The notes: generated by a model from the letters alone, not told the origin. A DNA stretch of 64,000 nt from an uncultured delta proteobacterium (GCA_963790655.1 CAWBPT010000037.1:642-64641); one strand, 5' to 3'. Positions 1 through 9,493 are shown, numbered from the stretch's first letter. Numbers and translations are program-made.

Positions 1-936
1 GAAGCCCTCCGCCTCTGGCGGGAAGTAGTGGGAGAGGCTCTGGCGCAGGAGAAAGTGAACCAAACCATGGCGGCTTTGGGAACGAAGGCTCCCGCCGCTC
101 CGGCCCGGCCTCCCATGGCGGCGCCGGAGAAGCGTGTGCCGGCCGTGACTGCGGCCAAGACCCGGCAGCCGGAGCAGGCTCCTCCGGTTCAGCCTGCCTT
201 GGCCGCTAAAGAGAAGGTCGAAAAACGGCTAGAAGTTACCACCAAGCCAGTAGGGGCGCCGCAGGCCGAAACCCCGCGGCTGGCGGCGGTGGCTCCTGCC
301 CCCGCCCCGGCGCCGCCCAAGAAACCCGAGGCCGCGCCCCCGGAAAAAACTAAAGCAGCCGAAGTGGCGAAGCCCGTGGCCCCTGGCGAGAAGGTGGCAA
401 GCCTGGTAGCAGTTAGCGCCAAGCCGGAAGGGGCGCCGCAGGCCGAAACCCCGCGGCCGGCAGCGGCGGCGCCTGCGCCTCCCCCTCCGGTGACCGCCAA
501 GAAACCGCCGGCCGCGACCCCGGAAAAGGCTAAACCTGCCGTGGTGGCCAAGCCTGTGGCCGCCGCCCCGAGCCCGCCGCCAGTCCTCCTGCGACCCCTG
601 ACTGCCAAGGAACTGGCGGAAACGGCCGTTGAGGTGCGTAACGGCACTCCCACCCCCAACCTGGCTCACCAGACCCGATCCGCGTTGTCCCTGGAAGGTT
701 TCAACGTGGCCGATATCGGCAATCATATAGATTGGGGAGCGGAAATAACCGTCATCTATTACCGCCCGGAAGCAGAACGGGTGGCTCAGGCTCTGGCCGC
801 AAAATTTTTTCCCATCGCCAAACTGGAGAAAAGCCAGAAACTAAAGGACGGCATCGACGTCAAGATCCTTTTGGGGCATGATCTCGTGAAAAACCGCGCC
901 CTGATGACGCGGTTGACCGGGGGAGAGGAAGACTAA
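1..936 (+). CDS. Pro/Ala-rich protein with C-terminal LytR_C-like domain (5' end outside window)
   Basis: The frame of ORF 28..936 stays open back to base 1. It has a long AP-rich low-complexity region with two ~59-aa repeats. The C-terminal ~90 aa (VEVRNGT..FNVADIGN..ITVIYY..VKILLGHDL) resemble LytR_C domains. Confidence 0.6.
   Translation, partial: EALRLWREVVGEALAQEKVNQTMAALGTKAPAAPARPPMAAPEKRVPAVTAAKTRQPEQAPPVQPALAAKEKVEKRLEVTTKPVGAPQAETPRLAAVAPAPAPAPPKKPEAAPPEKTKAAEVAKPVAPGEKVASLVAVSAKPEGAPQAETPRPAAAAPAPPPPVTAKKPPAATPEKAKPAVVAKPVAAAPSPPPVLLRPLTAKELAETAVEVRNGTPTPNLAHQTRSALSLEGFNVADIGNHIDWGAEITVIYYRPEAERVAQALAAKFFPIAKLEKSQKLKDGIDVKILLGHDLVKNRALMTRLTGGEED
244..565 (+). repeat. Tandem in-frame repeat, two units with a 177-nt period
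   Basis: aagccagtaggggcgccgcaggccgaaaccccgcggc at 244 recurs as aagccggaaggggcgccgcaggccgaaaccccgcggc at 421. The protein repeat is KP(V/E)GAPQAETPR..PKKP..PEK.K. Confidence 0.8.
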
Positions 937-1901
937 TGCGGAGGAGACCGATCCGGCCGCTTCTTCTTTCAGCTTTGGTATTGGCTCTGCCACTCTTGCT
1001 AAGTCAATGCGGCAAAAAACAGACCCTGGTGCACGGCCTGTCGACGGAAGAATCGGCCAAGATGCAGGACGCTTATTTACCCGATTACACCAAGAAAATG
1101 CCTCGGCCGGACCAGAAGACCCTGCCCCCGGAACGCCTGGAGGCCCTGGGGGATATAGCCCTGCAAGGGCGTGATTACGAAGCCTCTTTAGCTAATTTTA
1201 TGCAAATCCTGCAAGACAACCCCCGACGCTATGACCTGCGCTATAAGGTAGGAGTCATTTTACTGCTGACCGGGCAACTGGAGGCGGCCAAGCGGGAGTT
1301 GGCCACGGTTCTGGTGGCTCAGCCGGAGATGTTGAAGGCCCATGAGGCCCTGGGACTGGTCCACCTGGAAGAGAAACGCTATCCCCTGGCCATCGACGAG
1401 TTCCAGCTGGTGTTGTCCCGGGACCCCGGCCAGGCCAAGACCCGGTATCTGCTGGGGGTGGCCTTCCTGGAGGGGGGGCAGCCGGAGAAAGCCGTCAACG
1501 AGCTCAAGAAGGCAGAAGCCCTGGATCCGAGGCAGGTGTCTACGCCGGTGGCCCTGGGGCAGGCTTACCTGCAATTGAAGAAGTACCCGGATGCCGTCAC
1601 CTATCTCAAGAAAGCGCAGGCCCTGGCTCCCCAGGACCAGAAAGTGAATTATCATCTGGGAATGGCCCTGGCAGCCCAGAAGCGCTACCCCGAGGCGCTG
1701 GAGGCCTTTTTGAAAGCCGGGGACGAGGCCCAGGCTTACAACAACATCGGAGTTCATTATTTTGGGGACGGGCGGTACGAGGAGGCGGCCAAATGCTTCC
1801 AGAAGGCCATTGATTTGAAACCCACTTTTTATCAGGAAGCCAAGAACAATTTGCAAAAGGCCCTGGAAAAACTCCACCAGGCCAAGAATGACGACGGCTA
1901 A
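936..1901 (+). CDS. TPR-repeat lipoprotein
   Basis: N-terminal signal peptide with lipobox LLSQC, followed by several TPR-like 34-aa units (A..G.L..A...L..AL...P). The ATG overlaps the upstream TAA by 1 nt. Confidence 0.75.
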   Translation: MRRRPIRPLLLSALVLALPLLLSQCGKKQTLVHGLSTEESAKMQDAYLPDYTKKMPRPDQKTLPPERLEALGDIALQGRDYEASLANFMQILQDNPRRYDLRYKVGVILLLTGQLEAAKRELATVLVAQPEMLKAHEALGLVHLEEKRYPLAIDEFQLVLSRDPGQAKTRYLLGVAFLEGGQPEKAVNELKKAEALDPRQVSTPVALGQAYLQLKKYPDAVTYLKKAQALAPQDQKVNYHLGMALAAQKRYPEALEAFLKAGDEAQAYNNIGVHYFGDGRYEEAAKCFQKAIDLKPTFYQEAKNNLQKALEKLHQAKNDDG

Positions 1902-2366
1902 CCAATAGTGGGGAGTTAAAATCGAAAAAACGGGAGGGTCCCTGGATCCTCCTTTTTTCTTTAATCTGTTGGCAAATTATCTGACATTTTGCAAAAAGAG
2001 CTGACATCCCACGGCGCTAAATTCCCGCCGCCTCCCCTTCCTATCCAAAGTTATTCTTAAAAAATTATCGCCCCCGGATCGGGAATGGCCCCGGAAAGCC
2101 TGGAAAAGAAGTACCAAATGTGGCATTTTTACTCATAGTTTAAAAACTATAATAAGAATAATGTGTTAGCCGAGACCTTCCTTTTATCCCGGTAATTTTG
2201 CCGCACCCCGGAGGTTGCCAACCGGGCTCCGTTTGTGACGATCGTCGCAATCCCGGCCTTTTTCGAGGTCCAACCGTTTGGGCACATGGTTTGCATAATT
2301 CAACCATGGACATATGGCTTAAGGGAGGAGTTTAATTTTTTGTTAACCACAGCCTCGGGTGAGGTG

Positions 2367-2747
2367 ATGAAAGAAAAGTGCAGGACGCTTTTGGTCGCCG
2401 AGCACGGGTGTGAGTTGGCCCAGGGCCTGGATGCCTGGCTGCAGGAGCAAGGCCACCGGCTCAAAACCGCGGATAACATCAAAGACGTTCTCATGACCCT
2501 GCAAAACGAAAAGATCAACGTGCTGGTGATGGACGCCAGGTTACCCGAAGCCATAGGCTATGAGGCCATCTCCATCATCAAGGGGTTGCACCGGAAACTA
2601 CCCATCATTATCACCGCAGACGAAAACAACCCGGAGCAGGAGTCCCGGATCAGGCAAAAGGGCATTTTTTATTATCACGTCATTTCCTTTGGCATGGATG
2701 AACTGATATTAGCCATCTCCAACGCCATGGTGCGCTCATCCCAATAA
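2367..2747 (+). CDS. Stand-alone receiver (REC)-like domain protein, atypical acidic pocket
   Basis: MKEKCRTLLVAEHG..INVLVMDARLPE..PIIIITAD has the CheY fold pattern. GAGG lies a few nt upstream of ATG 2367, so the 2235 start in the ORF track is probably too long. The usual DD pair is replaced by EH. Confidence 0.55.
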   Translation: MKEKCRTLLVAEHGCELAQGLDAWLQEQGHRLKTADNIKDVLMTLQNEKINVLVMDARLPEAIGYEAISIIKGLHRKLPIIITADENNPEQESRIRQKGIFYYHVISFGMDELILAISNAMVRSSQ

Positions 2748-2763
2748 GCAAAAGGGGAGTTCG

Positions 2764-3639
2764 ATGCAATTACAGGAAAAATTAGCTTCCGGCGAGTTTG
2801 TGATTCTGGCGGAGATGGAGCCGCCCAAAGGCACGGATGTCTCCGCCATGGTGGCCAACGCCGCCAGCGTCAAGCGGATGGTGGACGCCTTCGTGGTCCC
2901 CGAGATGGGCAACGCGGTCATGCGCATGAGTTCTCTGGGAGGCGCGCTCCTGCTGCAGAGCAAGGGCTTGGAAACGGTGATGCAGGTGTGCTGCCGGGAC
3001 CGCAACCGGCTGGCCCTCCAGGGCGATTTGTTGGCAGCCCAGGCTCTGGGGGTGTCCACCGTAATGGCGGTGACCGGGGAAGAAATTACCCATGGCGACC
3101 ATCACCAGGCCAAACCTTGCAATGACCTGGACCTGCTCGAACTGCTGGGCGCCATCCAGACCCTGCAGTCGGGCCGGGACCTGGCCGGGGTGGACCTCAA
3201 GGGGGCGCCCCAGTTCCTGGTGGGCTCCACGGTGAAGGTGCCGGCGGGCGATGCCGCGCTGGCGGCGGAGCTTAATGAGCTGGACCAAAAGATCGCGGCC
3301 GGGGCCCGGTTCTTCACCACCCCGCCGGTTTTTTACCCCGCGGGCCTGGAAGGCTTCCGGAAGCACCTGGGGGAGCGCCAGGCGGCCATCATTCCCACCG
3401 TCATGCTGCTGAAATCCGTGGGTATGGCCCGGTACATCAACCGGCATCTGGACCAGATGAAAATCCCGGAGGATTCCATCAACCGTATTCAAAAGGCCGC
3501 AGATCGGGTTCGGGAATGTGTGCAGATCGCCGCGGAAACCGTAGCCGCGTTGAAGGACAAGGGCTACCCCGGCGTGCTCATTTCCACCATCGGCTGGGAG
3601 GACAAGCTCCCCGCGATCCTGGCCGCAGCCGGAGTATGA
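2764..3639 (+). CDS. Methylenetetrahydrofolate reductase family protein (MetF paralogue)
   Basis: 291 aa that aligns by eye with the second MetF at 9490..10428 (AEMEPPKG / SEVGPPRS; CRDRNRLALQGDLL / TRDRNRIALQSDIL; TGEEITHGDH / TGDHQHFGDH). Confidence 0.75.
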   Translation: MQLQEKLASGEFVILAEMEPPKGTDVSAMVANAASVKRMVDAFVVPEMGNAVMRMSSLGGALLLQSKGLETVMQVCCRDRNRLALQGDLLAAQALGVSTVMAVTGEEITHGDHHQAKPCNDLDLLELLGAIQTLQSGRDLAGVDLKGAPQFLVGSTVKVPAGDAALAAELNELDQKIAAGARFFTTPPVFYPAGLEGFRKHLGERQAAIIPTVMLLKSVGMARYINRHLDQMKIPEDSINRIQKAADRVRECVQIAAETVAALKDKGYPGVLISTIGWEDKLPAILAAAGV

Positions 3640-3673
3640 CCATCACTCCTGTAATTTTTTAAGGTACCCAATT

Positions 3674-6600
3674 ATGGCCAAAGAGAAAGAGGAAAAAGTG
3701 ACGAGCGGAGGCAATGGCGGCGGTAAGGTTGCCCCGGTGGGCTCCGTGATGGTAGTGGGCGGAGGCGTGGCTGGCATCCAGGCTTCCCTGGATCTCGCCA
3801 ACTCCGGTTTCTATGTCCATCTGGTGGAGGCCAAGTCGGCCATTGGCGGCGTCATGGCCCAGCTGGACAAGACCTTTCCCACCAACGACTGCTCCATGTG
3901 CATCATTTCGCCCAAGCTGGTGGAATGCGGGCGGCACCTGAACATTGAAATTCACCCCCTCACCGAAGTGGCGGCCATCGGCGGCGAGCCGGGAAACCTC
4001 AAAGTCACCCTGAGAAAAGAGCCCCGGTATGTCGACCCGGCCAAGTGCACCGGCTGTGGCGAATGCGCCAACGTCTGCCCGGTGATTATGAAAGATGAGT
4101 TCAACCAGGGCCTGGCCGACTGGCATGCGGCCTACCGCCTCTATCCTCAGGCCATCCCCGCGGCCTTCGGCATCAAGAAGCTGGACCGGGCCCCCTGCAC
4201 CCTCACCTGCCCGGCGGAGATCAACGTCCAGGGCTACGTGCAACTGGTCAAGATGGGGAAATACGAAGAAGCGGTGAAGCTCATCATGGAGCGGCTGCCG
4301 CTGCCCGGAGTTCTGGGCCGGGTCTGCCCGCACCCCTGCGAGGCCAAGTGCCGCCGGGGGGAGCTGGACGAACCGGTGGCCATCTGTTCCCTGAAGCGCT
4401 TCGCCGCGGACCAGGTGGACCTGGGGACCATTGCCCCGCCCCTGGTGGAAGCCCGGCCTGAGAAGATCGCCATTGTGGGCTCAGGCCCGGCCGGGCTGAC
4501 TTGCGCCTACCACCTGGCCCGGCAGGGCTACCGCCCCACTATCTTCGAGGCCCTCCCCAAGGCCGGGGGGATGCTCCGGGTGGGGATCCCCGACTACCGG
4601 CTGCCCAAGGATGTCCTGGACCAGGAGATCGACAGCATCCTGCGCCTGGGCGTGACCTTAAAGACCGACACCGCCCTGGGGCGGGATTTCACCCTGGACG
4701 GGCTCTTTGACGAAGGCTACCGGGCGGTGTTCCTGGGCATCGGCTGCCACGTGGGCAAACCCCTGGGGGTCGTCAATGAGGAGGCCCCGGGCGTGGTCCA
4801 GGGGGTGGAGTTCCTCAGGCGCCACAACCTGGGCGAGCCCCAGGAGATCGGCAAGTCTCTGGCGGTCATCGGCGGCGGCAACGTGGCCATCGACGTGGCC
4901 TGCACCGCCCGGCGCCTGGGCTCGGACGTCACCATCGTCTACCGCCGCTCCCGGGAGGAGATGCCGGCCTTTGAGCACGAAATCGAGCAGGCCCTGTGCG
5001 AGGGCGTCAAGATAATTTATCTGGCCGCGCCCCTGGAAGTGATAGTGGGCGAAGGCGGCAAGGCGGTGGGGCTCCTCTGCCAGAAGATGGAGCTGGGTGA
5101 ACCCGACGCCTCAGGGCGCCGCAAACCCGTGCCCATCCCCAACGAGACCTTTGAGCTGCCCGTGGACATGATCGTCCCCGCCATCGGCCAGGAAGCGGCC
5201 CAGGGGCCGCTCGACGACTGCGGCGTCAAGCTCTCCAAATGGGGCACCATCGAAGTGGATGAAACGACTTATGAGACGTCCCGGCCCGGGGTCTTCGCGG
5301 CGGGGGACGTGCACACCGGCCCCTGGATTGCGGTGGAGGCGGTGGGCGGCGGCATCGAGGCCGCGGAATCCATCCACCGCTACTTGCGGGGCCTGGACCT
5401 GCGGGAAGGCCGCAGCGAGGGCGAGGAGGCCCACAAGCGCTGGGCCGCGGTGCCCAAGGACGAGGAAGGCCAGCCCCGGGAGGTCATGACCACCCTGCCG
5501 CCCGAGTTCAGCTGCTGTTCCTTTGAGGAGATCGCCAAGGGGTACACCGAGGAGCAGGCGAAGCGGGAGGCCGAGAGATGCCTCAACTGCGGTATCTGCT
5601 CCGAATGCATGCAGTGCGTGGCGGCCTGCCAGGCCGGCGCCATCCAGCATAACCAGAAACCAGAAAGCCGGGAGGTGGAGGTGGGGGCCGTTATCCTCTC
5701 CCCCGGCTTCCAGGTCTTCGATCCCGGCAAATATCAGACTTATCAATACGCCAATCACCCCAACGTGGTCACTTCCCTGGAGTTCGAGCGCATCCTCAGC
5801 GCTTCGGGGCCCTTCGGCGGCCATCTGGTGCGGCCTTCGGACCACAAAGAGCCCCAGAAGATCGCCTGGCTGCAGTGCGTGGGCTCCCGGGACGTGAAGT
5901 TCCACTCGTACTGCTCGTCGGTGTGCTGTATGTACGCCATCAAAGAGGCGGTCATCGCCAAGGAGCACGCGCCCTACGATCTCGACGCCGCCATCTTCTT
6001 CATGGATATGCGCACCTTCGGCAAGGACTTCGAACAGTACTACAACCGGGCCAAGGACGAACAGGGGGTGCGGTTCATCCGCTCCCGGGTCCACACCATC
6101 GACCCGGCGGAGGATGGCAACCTCAAGATCTCCTATACGGACGAAACCGGCGAGAAGAAATCCGAAGTCTTCGACCTGGTGGTCCTGTCCGCGGGCATGG
6201 AGGTGAGCGACGCCGCCAGGAGGCTGGCGGCGACCGTGGGGGTGGACCTGAACCGCCACGACTTTGTGGCCACGGACCCTCTGGCGCCGGTGGCCGCCTC
6301 CCGGCCCGGCGTCTACGTCTGCGGCGCCATGCAAGGCCCCAAGGATATCCCCGAATCGGTGATGCAGGCCTCCGCAGCCGCGGGCGCGGTGAGCGCCTCC
6401 CTGGGTGAGGCCCGCTGGACCCGGACCAAGACCCGGGAGATCCCGGAGCAGAAGGCCATCCGGCCGGAGGACACGCCCCGTATCGGGGTCTTCGTCTGCA
6501 ACTGCGGCATCAATATCGGCGGCATCATCAACATACCGGAACTCAATAAGTACGCGGCCACCCTGCCCAACGTGGTGTACGTGGAGGACAACCTCTTCAC

Positions 6601-8137
6601 CTGTTCCCAGGACACCCAGGTCACCATCACCAAGGTCATCGAGGAGCAAAACCTCAACCGCATGGTGGTGGCGGCTTGCACGCCCATCACCCATGAGGCC
6701 CTCTTCCGGGAGACCATGATCGACGCGGGCCTGAACAAGTACCTCTTCGAGATGGCCAACATCCGGAACCAGGACTCCTGGGTCCACATGAAAGAGCCCG
6801 CGGCGGCCACGGAAAAGGCCAAAGACCTGCTGCGCATGGCGGTGGCCCGGGCCGGCCTGCTCAAGCCCCTGATGGAAAAGCCCCTGACCGTCAACCAGCG
6901 GGCCGTGGTCATCGGCGGCGGGGTGGCGGGGCTGAACGCCGCCCTAAACCTGGCGGACCAGGGGTTCGAGACCATTGTCCTGGAAAAAGAAAATGAGTTG
7001 GGCGGCAACGCCTTAAAGATCCACCACACCATCGAAGGCGCCGACGTGCACGCCTATCTGGAGGAGCTCATCGGCAAGGTCAAGCGCCACGATAAGATCC
7101 AGGTCCTCACCGGGGCACTGGTGGTGGGCTTCAGAGGCTACAAAGGCAACTTCACCACGGAAGTTCTGGTGGGGCCCGGCATGTACGAGCGGAAAATCGA
7201 CCACGGGGTCACCGTGGTGGCCACCGGGGCCCACGAATACCAGCCCAAGGAGTTCGCCTACGGCGAGCATCCGCGGGTGATGACCCAGATGGAGTTGGGG
7301 GGCTTGCTGCAACGGAGCCCGGCGGAAGCGGACAAGTGGAAACGGGTGGCCATGATTCAATGCGTGGGCTCCCGGAACGAAGAGAACCCCAACTGCAGCC
7401 GCATCTGCTGCCAGGGGGCGGTGAAGTACGCCCTGCAGTTGAAGGACCTCAACCCCGAGATGGACGTGGTCATCCTGTACCGGGATATGCGCACCTACGG
7501 GTTGCTGGAGGATTACTACAAGGAGGCCCGGGACCAGGGGGTCATCTTTGCCCGCTTCGATCCGGACCGGGTCCCCCAGGTCAACGTTGACGACGGTAAA
7601 TTGAGCCTTACCTTCATCGACCACGTGCTGGAGCGTCCCGTGACCCTGCCGGTGGATGCGGTGATCCTGAGCGCCGGGGCCCGGGCCAACGATACCGAGG
7701 AATTGGCCTCGCTCCTGAAGATCCCCAGAAACGCCGCGGGGTTCTTCATCGAGGCCCACGCCAAGCTGCGGCCGGTGGACTTCGCCTCGGAGGGCATCTT
7801 CCTCTGCGGTATGGCCCACTCGCCCAAGCTCATCAGCGAGTCCATCGCCCAGGCCCAGGCCGCGGCGTCCCGGGCCGGGGCCTTCCTGGCGGACGTCAAC
7901 CAGACCATCAGCGGGGTCACGGCCCACGTAGAGCCGGACCGTTGCGCCGCCTGCCTGGTGTGCGTCCGGACCTGTCCGTACGGGGTGCCCCAGATCAACC
8001 GGGACAACGTCTCGGAGATCAACGAAGCGCTGTGCCAGGGCTGCGGCACCTGCGCCTCGGAGTGCCCGGCCAAGGTAATTCAGGTGGCCCATTTTGAGGA
8101 CGACCAGCTCGCAGCTAAGATAAAAACCTTGTTTTAA
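3674..8137 (+). CDS. hdrA: Giant HdrA-like flavoprotein with an inserted GltD/NfnB-like NAD(P)H oxidoreductase module and a second HdrA-like half
   Basis: HdrA hallmarks are GGGVAGIQASLDLA, DKTFPTNDCSMCI, CVGSRD..CSSVCCMY, VFVCNCGINIGG and C-terminal 2x[4Fe-4S] Cys motifs. Residues ~170-560 match the glutamate synthase small-subunit family (CPHPCEAKCRRG, IVGSGPAGLTCA, GIPDYRLPK, AAGD). A second GGGVAGL..CVGSRN..CSRICCQ module follows. Confidence 0.85.
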   Translation: MAKEKEEKVTSGGNGGGKVAPVGSVMVVGGGVAGIQASLDLANSGFYVHLVEAKSAIGGVMAQLDKTFPTNDCSMCIISPKLVECGRHLNIEIHPLTEVAAIGGEPGNLKVTLRKEPRYVDPAKCTGCGECANVCPVIMKDEFNQGLADWHAAYRLYPQAIPAAFGIKKLDRAPCTLTCPAEINVQGYVQLVKMGKYEEAVKLIMERLPLPGVLGRVCPHPCEAKCRRGELDEPVAICSLKRFAADQVDLGTIAPPLVEARPEKIAIVGSGPAGLTCAYHLARQGYRPTIFEALPKAGGMLRVGIPDYRLPKDVLDQEIDSILRLGVTLKTDTALGRDFTLDGLFDEGYRAVFLGIGCHVGKPLGVVNEEAPGVVQGVEFLRRHNLGEPQEIGKSLAVIGGGNVAIDVACTARRLGSDVTIVYRRSREEMPAFEHEIEQALCEGVKIIYLAAPLEVIVGEGGKAVGLLCQKMELGEPDASGRRKPVPIPNETFELPVDMIVPAIGQEAAQGPLDDCGVKLSKWGTIEVDETTYETSRPGVFAAGDVHTGPWIAVEAVGGGIEAAESIHRYLRGLDLREGRSEGEEAHKRWAAVPKDEEGQPREVMTTLPPEFSCCSFEEIAKGYTEEQAKREAERCLNCGICSECMQCVAACQAGAIQHNQKPESREVEVGAVILSPGFQVFDPGKYQTYQYANHPNVVTSLEFERILSASGPFGGHLVRPSDHKEPQKIAWLQCVGSRDVKFHSYCSSVCCMYAIKEAVIAKEHAPYDLDAAIFFMDMRTFGKDFEQYYNRAKDEQGVRFIRSRVHTIDPAEDGNLKISYTDETGEKKSEVFDLVVLSAGMEVSDAARRLAATVGVDLNRHDFVATDPLAPVAASRPGVYVCGAMQGPKDIPESVMQASAAAGAVSASLGEARWTRTKTREIPEQKAIRPEDTPRIGVFVCNCGINIGGIINIPELNKYAATLPNVVYVEDNLFTCSQDTQVTITKVIEEQNLNRMVVAACTPITHEALFRETMIDAGLNKYLFEMANIRNQDSWVHMKEPAAATEKAKDLLRMAVARAGLLKPLMEKPLTVNQRAVVIGGGVAGLNAALNLADQGFETIVLEKENELGGNALKIHHTIEGADVHAYLEELIGKVKRHDKIQVLTGALVVGFRGYKGNFTTEVLVGPGMYERKIDHGVTVVATGAHEYQPKEFAYGEHPRVMTQMELGGLLQRSPAEADKWKRVAMIQCVGSRNEENPNCSRICCQGAVKYALQLKDLNPEMDVVILYRDMRTYGLLEDYYKEARDQGVIFARFDPDRVPQVNVDDGKLSLTFIDHVLERPVTLPVDAVILSAGARANDTEELASLLKIPRNAAGFFIEAHAKLRPVDFASEGIFLCGMAHSPKLISESIAQAQAAASRAGAFLADVNQTISGVTAHVEPDRCAACLVCVRTCPYGVPQINRDNVSEINEALCQGCGTCASECPAKVIQVAHFEDDQLAAKIKTLF

Positions 8138-8235
8138 AGTTTCTAGTAGTTTGAGTTTCGAGAAGAAAAAAACGGGACGTATCAAGATATGGTTGCAAGG
8201 TTTGAGGTAAGCGAGCAGCTGAGAAAATGCCCCTG

Positions 8236-8299
8236 CCCCCCCTTTAATAAAAGGGGGGTAAGGTCACCCTTTTAAAAAGGGGGATTTAGGGGGGATTTT
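8236..8299. repeat. Family B repeat copy between hdrA and mvhD
   Basis: ccccccctttaataaaagggggg, then cacccttttaaaaagggggatttaggggggatttt. Confidence 0.75.
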
Positions 8300-8375
8300 A
8301 AAGTGAGGCGAACTATCGTGAAAAGCTCAACTGAAAACTCGAAACTGGAAACCCGAAACTTAAAAGGAGTCGAGG

Positions 8376-8828
8376 ATGGAGAACTTTGAACCAAAGATCG
8401 TCGGGTTTTGCTGCCACTACTGAGCGTATTCCGCTGCGGACCTGGCAGGTTCGATGAGACTGCAGTACCCGACCACCATCCGCATCATCGAAGTCCCCTG
8501 CACCGGCAAGGTGGACATCATGCACCTGCTGCTGGCCTTCGAGCAGGGGGCCGATGGCGTCGTAGTGGTGGGCTGTATGGAGGGCGACTGCCACTATATG
8601 GCAGGTAACCTCTATGCCAAAAAACGGGTCCAGCGCGCCAAGGAGATCCTCGACCAGGTGGGTATCGGCGGCGAGCGGTTGGCCATGTATAACCTTTCCT
8701 CCGGTATGGGGGGGAGGTTCGCTGAGATTGTCCGGGAGATGACCAGCAAGATCATGGAGCTGGGGCCAAGCCCCATCAGGATTGCAACGGGAACGGCCGC
8801 AAGGCCCAGCGCGGAGGTAACCACATGA
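8376..8828 (+). CDS. mvhD: MvhD-like (methyl-viologen-reducing hydrogenase delta subunit family) protein, probable selenoprotein (TGA 8421..8423 read as Sec)
   Basis: AAGGAG sits 6 nt before ATG 8376. The in-frame reading is MENFEPKIVGFCCHY-TGA-AYSAADLAGSMRLQYPTTIRIIEVPCTGKV... This reconstitutes the conserved MvhD N-terminus (EPKIVGFCCNWC.Y.GAD.AG), with the TGA at a Cys position. The ORF track only lists 8454..8828. Confidence 0.75.
8421..8423 (+). other. In-frame UGA, candidate selenocysteine recoding site
   Basis: It shares the frame of ATG 8376 and ORF 8454..8828, and aligns with a conserved Cys of MvhD. Confidence 0.65.
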
Positions 8829-9493
8829 TTAAGGCAGTGCCCAAACCCTTGGAAGAAGTCATAGGCAGGGTGCAAGACTTCAATAAAGTGCTCATCGCGG
8901 GCTGCGACGGCTGCGTCACCGTGTGCGAGGCCGGAGGCTTGAAGGAGGCCAAGATTCTGGCTTCGGCCCTGAGGCTATACTACACCCAGGCGGGCAAGCA
9001 GGCCCAGGTCGACGAAACCAGCCTGACCCGCCAGTGTGAAAAGGAGTACCTGGCGCAGCTCTCGGACAAGATCGACGGTTACGACGCCGTGGTCTCCCTG
9101 GCCTGCGGCGTCGGGGCCCAGTACCTGGCGGAGATGTACGACAACAAGATCGTGTACCCGGGAGTGGACACCTGTTTCCTGGGGGTCAACGAAGAGCGGG
9201 GCCTCTACTCGGAGCGCTGCCAGGCCTGCGGCCAGTGCATCCTGGCGGATACCGGCGGCGTCTGCCCCATCGCCCGCTGCTCCAAGCGCATGCTCAACGG
9301 CCCCTGCGGCGGCTCGGAAAACGGCAAGTGCGAAATCAACCCGGACGTGCCCTGCGGCTGGCAGTTGATCTACGAGCGCCTGAAGACCCTGGGCCAGCTG
9401 GACCGTTTTGAAAAACCCGTGGAGCCCAAGGATTGGAAGACTTCCCGGGATGGCGGACCCCGCAAGATCGTGAGAGAGGACTTACGGATATGA
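8825..9493 (+). CDS. metV: MetV-type Cys-rich protein (MTHFR C-terminal-like domain)
   Basis: 222 aa with many CxxC-type cysteines (GCDGCVTVCE, CQACGQC, CPIARC, NGPCGG, CGW). It lies directly upstream of metF, and its start overlaps the mvhD stop by 4 nt. Confidence 0.75.
   Translation: MIKAVPKPLEEVIGRVQDFNKVLIAGCDGCVTVCEAGGLKEAKILASALRLYYTQAGKQAQVDETSLTRQCEKEYLAQLSDKIDGYDAVVSLACGVGAQYLAEMYDNKIVYPGVDTCFLGVNEERGLYSERCQACGQCILADTGGVCPIARCSKRMLNGPCGGSENGKCEINPDVPCGWQLIYERLKTLGQLDRFEKPVEPKDWKTSRDGGPRKIVREDLRI

Noticed and set aside
2100-2170. Sigma-54 promoter candidates (TGGCAT at ~2120, TGGCAC at ~27687, TGGCAT at ~38086).
   Set aside because: In each case the GC dinucleotide of the -12 element is not at the required spacing from the -24 GG.
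5111-6787. 558-aa minus-strand ORF antisense to hdrA. Similar long antisense or alternative-frame ORFs occur elsewhere, e.g. 7013..8185, 9370..10341, 12360..13274, 14901..16553, 20758..21516, 28248..29357, 29508..30557, 39717..40625, 49434..50324 and 58733..59815.
   Set aside because: They are shadow ORFs, as expected in high-GC DNA. They are rich in Arg/Gly/Pro/His, have no recognisable motifs, and each fully overlaps an ORF with clear family signatures on the other strand or in another frame.
8454-8828. The ORF-track start for the MvhD-like protein at Met 8454.
   Set aside because: It removes the conserved EPKIVGFCC..AD.AG N-terminus, which is encoded in frame upstream behind a strong SD sequence. 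The 8376 start with Sec at 8421 explains the sequence better.
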